From NCBI GenBank assembly GCA_018223105.1, contig JAAEYY010000006.1, positions 72,806 to 136,805 on the forward strand: a stretch of 64,000 nt of DNA, given 5' to 3'. The notes under the pieces are model-generated. The model saw nothing but the letters and a program-made list of their open reading frames with translations, made no database searches and was not told where the DNA came from. A program made the position numbers and the translations under genes. The first letter of the stretch is position 1. Each line of letters opens with the position of its first letter. Origin of the DNA: a bacterium (GTDB taxonomy: Bacteria; Bacteroidota; Bacteroidia; NS11-12g; UBA9320). Below, one piece after another: positions 60,638 through 64,000 of the stretch.

Positions 60638-62544
60638 GAATCAATGAGCTGCTTATCAAGCTCTTCATAGATTGAATTATTACTCACGTATTCTGGTACA
60701 ATTCGCTTCATGGTTTTTACCAAGAATCGATTTGTTAGGGTATCTTTCTCTTTATAGAGCTTGCTAATCACTTCATTTACCTCCAGGTAATTATACTGGG
60801 GTACTTTGGCAATCATAATCTTTGGATTGTGGGTGCCGATTGTGTTCTCCTTATCACTGAGTAACTCTTCTTTTAGCTTCTCTCCGGGACGCAAACCGGT
60901 GTAGACAATATCAATGTCTTTACCTTCGTCTAAACCACTTAATCGAATCATTTTACGCGCCAAGTCTACAATCTTTACACTTTCACCCATATCGAAGATG
61001 TAGATTTCACCTCCTTTACCCATTACACCCGCTTCTAAAACCAGCTGACATGCTTCAGGAATAGTCATGAAATAACGAGTAATATCCGGATGGGTTACCG
61101 TTACCGGTCCACCTTCTTCAATTTGACGTTCAAATAGAGGTATAACGGAACCATTACTTCCCAATACATTTCCAAAGCGTGTTGTTATGAATTTCGTGTG
61201 AATATCCGTTTCAAGCCTCAGTTTTTCGTTTAAAGACTGAACATAAATTTCACCGATTCTCTTAGAAGCGCCCATAATATTGGTTGGGTTTACCGCTTTA
61301 TCCGTACTTACGTATACAAACTTCTCAACTTTATAAGCCACAGCCATATTGGCCAGGTTTTGAGTGCCAAATACATTGGTGTTAATAGCTTCGTACGGAT
61401 TGTTTTCCATCAAGGGCACATGTTTATATGCTGCTGCATGAAAAACGTAGGAGGGATTGAAATATTCAAATACTTTTTTAACTCGGGCAGGATTACAAAC
61501 ATCAGCTATAACAATCTCTACTTGAGTTGAATTTTTTAGCTCGTTTTGTAGATCGTAAAGCGCAGATTCTGCTTGATCTAATAAAACCAGTTTTCTGGGA
61601 TTAAATGCAAGCGACTGCCTCGCAATCTCAGATCCAATCGAACCGGCAGCTCCGGTAACAAGAATTACTTTGTCATTGAGTTCGCTGCTAATGGTTTCTT
61701 TGTCTAGCTGGATAGGATCGCGTTGCAAAAGATCCTCAATTTTAACCTTCTTAATTTGTCGAGGGTTAAATTCGCCATTAAACCATTTGCCCACTGAAGG
61801 AATGGTTTTAACCGCTATATTAAATGCCAGTGATTTCTCAATGATTCTTTTCTTCCTCCACGGTTTAAGTTGTTGTATTGCTATTACAAGCTCAACTACT
61901 TTGCCGTTAATAGGGAGCTGATTAAAATCAATATCAGCACTGTGTATTTTGACACCTTCTAAGGTTTTGCCGTGAAGTTTTGCATTGTCGTCTAGAAAAG
62001 CAACTACTTTGGAATTCAACTTAGGGTCTCCTTCCAGTGAGCGTTTAACGAGCACACCAGTTTCTCCCGCACCGTAAATGATAATCTGCTTTTTCTCTAG
62101 TGATTTGTAAGGAGAATAATGATTATACATCAGTTTAAAACTGATTCTGAAAGCAGAAAGCAGGCAAACCAGTATGAAAGCATCAATTACAATGATCTCC
62201 GGCTGTAGGATATGAGAACCTGTCGCAAATCGATAGAGAATTTCTACCAGGCTAATTCCTGCAGTACTGATAATAACTGCAAAAAATATCCTTACTGCAT
62301 CTTGTGTGCTGGTATATTTAAGAATACCGGTGTAGGATCTGGTAATAAGAAAGCCCTTTGCTCTGAAAATTAATACCACAAATAGCGGATACATCATATT
62401 GGATGAAAAGCCATATTCTGTGGAGTATACATCTAAAATATATGATGCCAACAAAAATGAAAAAGTGGCAATGAAAAGATCGAAGAGCAGTATCACCCAT
62501 CTAGGGGTATTTTTTTGGGCTATTTTCTTGAGGTTGACAAGCAT
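60634..62544 (-). CDS. Nucleoside-diphosphate sugar dehydratase (CapD/PglF/WbpM-like polysaccharide biosynthesis protein)
   Basis: Four N-terminal TM segments, TGAAGSIGSE, HAAAYKHVP, STDKAVNP.N.MGASKR, RFGNVLGSNGSV. Confidence 0.95.
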   Translation of the reverse strand: MLVNLKKIAQKNTPRWVILLFDLFIATFSFLLASYILDVYSTEYGFSSNMMYPLFVVLIFRAKGFLITRSYTGILKYTSTQDAVRIFFAVIISTAGISLVEILYRFATGSHILQPEIIVIDAFILVCLLSAFRISFKLMYNHYSPYKSLEKKQIIIYGAGETGVLVKRSLEGDPKLNSKVVAFLDDNAKLHGKTLEGVKIHSADIDFNQLPINGKVVELVIAIQQLKPWRKKRIIEKSLAFNIAVKTIPSVGKWFNGEFNPRQIKKVKIEDLLQRDPIQLDKETISSELNDKVILVTGAAGSIGSEIARQSLAFNPRKLVLLDQAESALYDLQNELKNSTQVEIVIADVCNPARVKKVFEYFNPSYVFHAAAYKHVPLMENNPYEAINTNVFGTQNLANMAVAYKVEKFVYVSTDKAVNPTNIMGASKRIGEIYVQSLNEKLRLETDIHTKFITTRFGNVLGSNGSVIPLFERQIEEGGPVTVTHPDITRYFMTIPEACQLVLEAGVMGKGGEIYIFDMGESVKIVDLARKMIRLSGLDEGKDIDIVYTGLRPGEKLKEELLSDKENTIGTHNPKIMIAKVPQYNYLEVNEVISKLYKEKDTLTNRFLVKTMKRIVPEYVSNNSIYEELDKQLIDS

Positions 62545-62612
62545 AGTTCAAGGAGTTAGCGGTTTTGCGAAGATACGATAATAAAGCCAAACATTGTTTT
62601 TTTATCCAATTG

Positions 62613-63998
62613 TTAATAGTCTGTAGTCCTGAGTTTAGCAAATTTTAAAACCAAGGTCTTTTTACCGTATTCTAAGAAGTCAATGATTGCTTTTTGCTGT
62701 TCCTGATTTCCCTCCAATTTTACAATTTGACCTTTGCCAAACCTTTGGTGTTCAATTTTCATTCCTTCCTTAAATTCTCGTATTTCCTCAGCTTCAAAAT
62801 TGTCAATTTTAGGAGGTTTAATTCTTTCACTTATGGGTTTGGTTTGTCTACTAATCGCCCTCTTTAGATTTGAAGGCTGTCTCGCTGTACTCCTTTCAAA
62901 TCGGTCGGTTCCGGCGGGTCGAACTTGTTTTGTTTGCTGCAACATCCTGCGATCCATTTGAAGAAATTCTTTGTCAATTTCATCGATAAATCTACTGGGT
63001 TCACAAGGGAGTAAAGAACCAAATCTAAACCTTGACGTGGCAAAAGAAAGGGTCAGTTTTTTTTCTGCTCGCGTAATAGCAACATAAAATAATCTGCGTT
63101 CTTCTTCCAGTTCACTTTGCGATCCCAAAGACATTTGAGAAGGAAATAAATTTTCCTCCATTCCAGAAACATAGACATATGGGAACTCCAAACCCTTTGC
63201 CATGTGGATAGTCATGAGCGCCACTTTGTCTTTGTCGTCATCATCTTTATCCTGATCTGTTAATAGCGCAATATCCTGAATGTAACTACCTAGATCCTTT
63301 TCAGACTCATTAGTATCGTCTTCCACAAACTCCTTTATACCATTGAGTAGCTCAGAGACGTTTTCATACCTGCTTATTCCTTCTATGGTTTTGTCTTCGT
63401 TTAAAATTTTAAGTAAAGAAGTAGATCGTGCGATATGCATAGCAAGATCATAGGCATTATGCGATTCAGCCATAACAGCGAAACTTTTGATCATATTTAC
63501 AAAGTCTCGCAATTTTGGAATAGCAGACTTTAACTCAGCATGATGATGTGCTTCAGAGATCAGTTCCCACGGCGTCTTATTTTCGGAACTCGATAAAAGG
63601 GTAACTCTCTCTAATGTAGTTTTCCCTATTCCTCTTGCAGGATAATTAATAATACGTCTGAGCGCTTCTTCATCGTTGTGATTTAAGGTAAGCCTCATGT
63701 ATGCAAGCAGGTCTTTGATTTCTTTTCTTTGATAAAAACTAACCCCACCAAAAATTCGATATGGAATATTCCGTTTTCTAAGGGCTTCCTCCAAACTACG
63801 TGATTGTGAGTTGGTGCGATATAAAATGGCAAAATCGGAGTTGTTCTTCTGCTCATTCATCTTCGTCTCAAAGATGCTCTCGGCGATCATTTTACCTTCC
63901 TCATTATCCGTTACAGCACGAAGAATCGAGATCAACTCGCCAGTATCATTGTCGGTCCAGACATTCTTCTCTAACTGATCCTTGTTCTTAGCAATTAC
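62613..63998 (-). CDS. uvrD: ATP-dependent helicase UvrD/PcrA, 5'-truncated by the window edge
   Basis: AILYRTNSQSR, MTIHMAKGLEF, EEERRLFYVAITRA, PSRF, and a C-terminal Tudor-like HQRFGKG. The frame stays open to the end of the window. Confidence 0.93.
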   Translation of the reverse strand, partial: VIAKNKDQLEKNVWTDNDTGELISILRAVTDNEEGKMIAESIFETKMNEQKNNSDFAILYRTNSQSRSLEEALRKRNIPYRIFGGVSFYQRKEIKDLLAYMRLTLNHNDEEALRRIINYPARGIGKTTLERVTLLSSSENKTPWELISEAHHHAELKSAIPKLRDFVNMIKSFAVMAESHNAYDLAMHIARSTSLLKILNEDKTIEGISRYENVSELLNGIKEFVEDDTNESEKDLGSYIQDIALLTDQDKDDDDKDKVALMTIHMAKGLEFPYVYVSGMEENLFPSQMSLGSQSELEEERRLFYVAITRAEKKLTLSFATSRFRFGSLLPCEPSRFIDEIDKEFLQMDRRMLQQTKQVRPAGTDRFERSTARQPSNLKRAISRQTKPISERIKPPKIDNFEAEEIREFKEGMKIEHQRFGKGQIVKLEGNQEQQKAIIDFLEYGKKTLVLKFAKLRTTDY

Positions 63999-64000
63999 GG

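Noticed and set aside
1506-63991. Numerous short overlapping or antisense ORFs in the track (e.g. 9659-10021, 15502-15885, 36522-36872, 48420-48842)
   Set aside because: They lie within well-supported genes and have no recognisable domains.
1-64000. tRNA, rRNA, IS, prophage or defence genes
   Set aside because: None recognised. The spacers are short and show no cloverleaf, transposase, integrase or phage hallmarks.

Overview
A core-genome window from a Bacteroidota bacterium. The assignment rests on TAnnTTTG promoters, A-rich starts without Shine-Dalgarno sequences, T9SS porZ next to recO, fused secDF, and the absence of tuf after fusA. The centre (14226-31063) is the complete str-S10-spc-alpha ribosomal superoperon, rpsL to rplQ, including a zinc-free rpmJ that the ORF track missed. 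The flanks carry housekeeping genes (lipA, porZ, recO, bshB1, an M42 peptidase, a TetR-TolC-MFP-RND pump, udk, secDF, recG, dnaE, rnz, ftsK-lolA, a CapD-like dehydratase, and a truncated uvrD/pcrA). There are two accessory patches, at 0.1-7.7 kb and 31.1-34.9 kb. I found no tRNA, rRNA, CRISPR array, transposase or phage gene. The best leads are: (1) an aeRF1-like (baeRF, possibly Balon-like) gene on a ~1.46 kb segment bounded by ~34 bp direct repeats; (2) an acidic, PPP-ending putative leader/arrest peptide upstream of SulP-DUF2490; (3) an 11-residue acidic repeat tail on bL17, with further extensions on other tunnel-exit proteins; (4) a structured, motif-repeating RNA-like element at 141-281; (5) a nested cluster of REP-like palindromes between secDF and recG; (6) several apparently leaderless genes; (7) an unannotated beta-barrel pseudogene. 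All calls come from reading the sequence only. No database search or folding computation was run.
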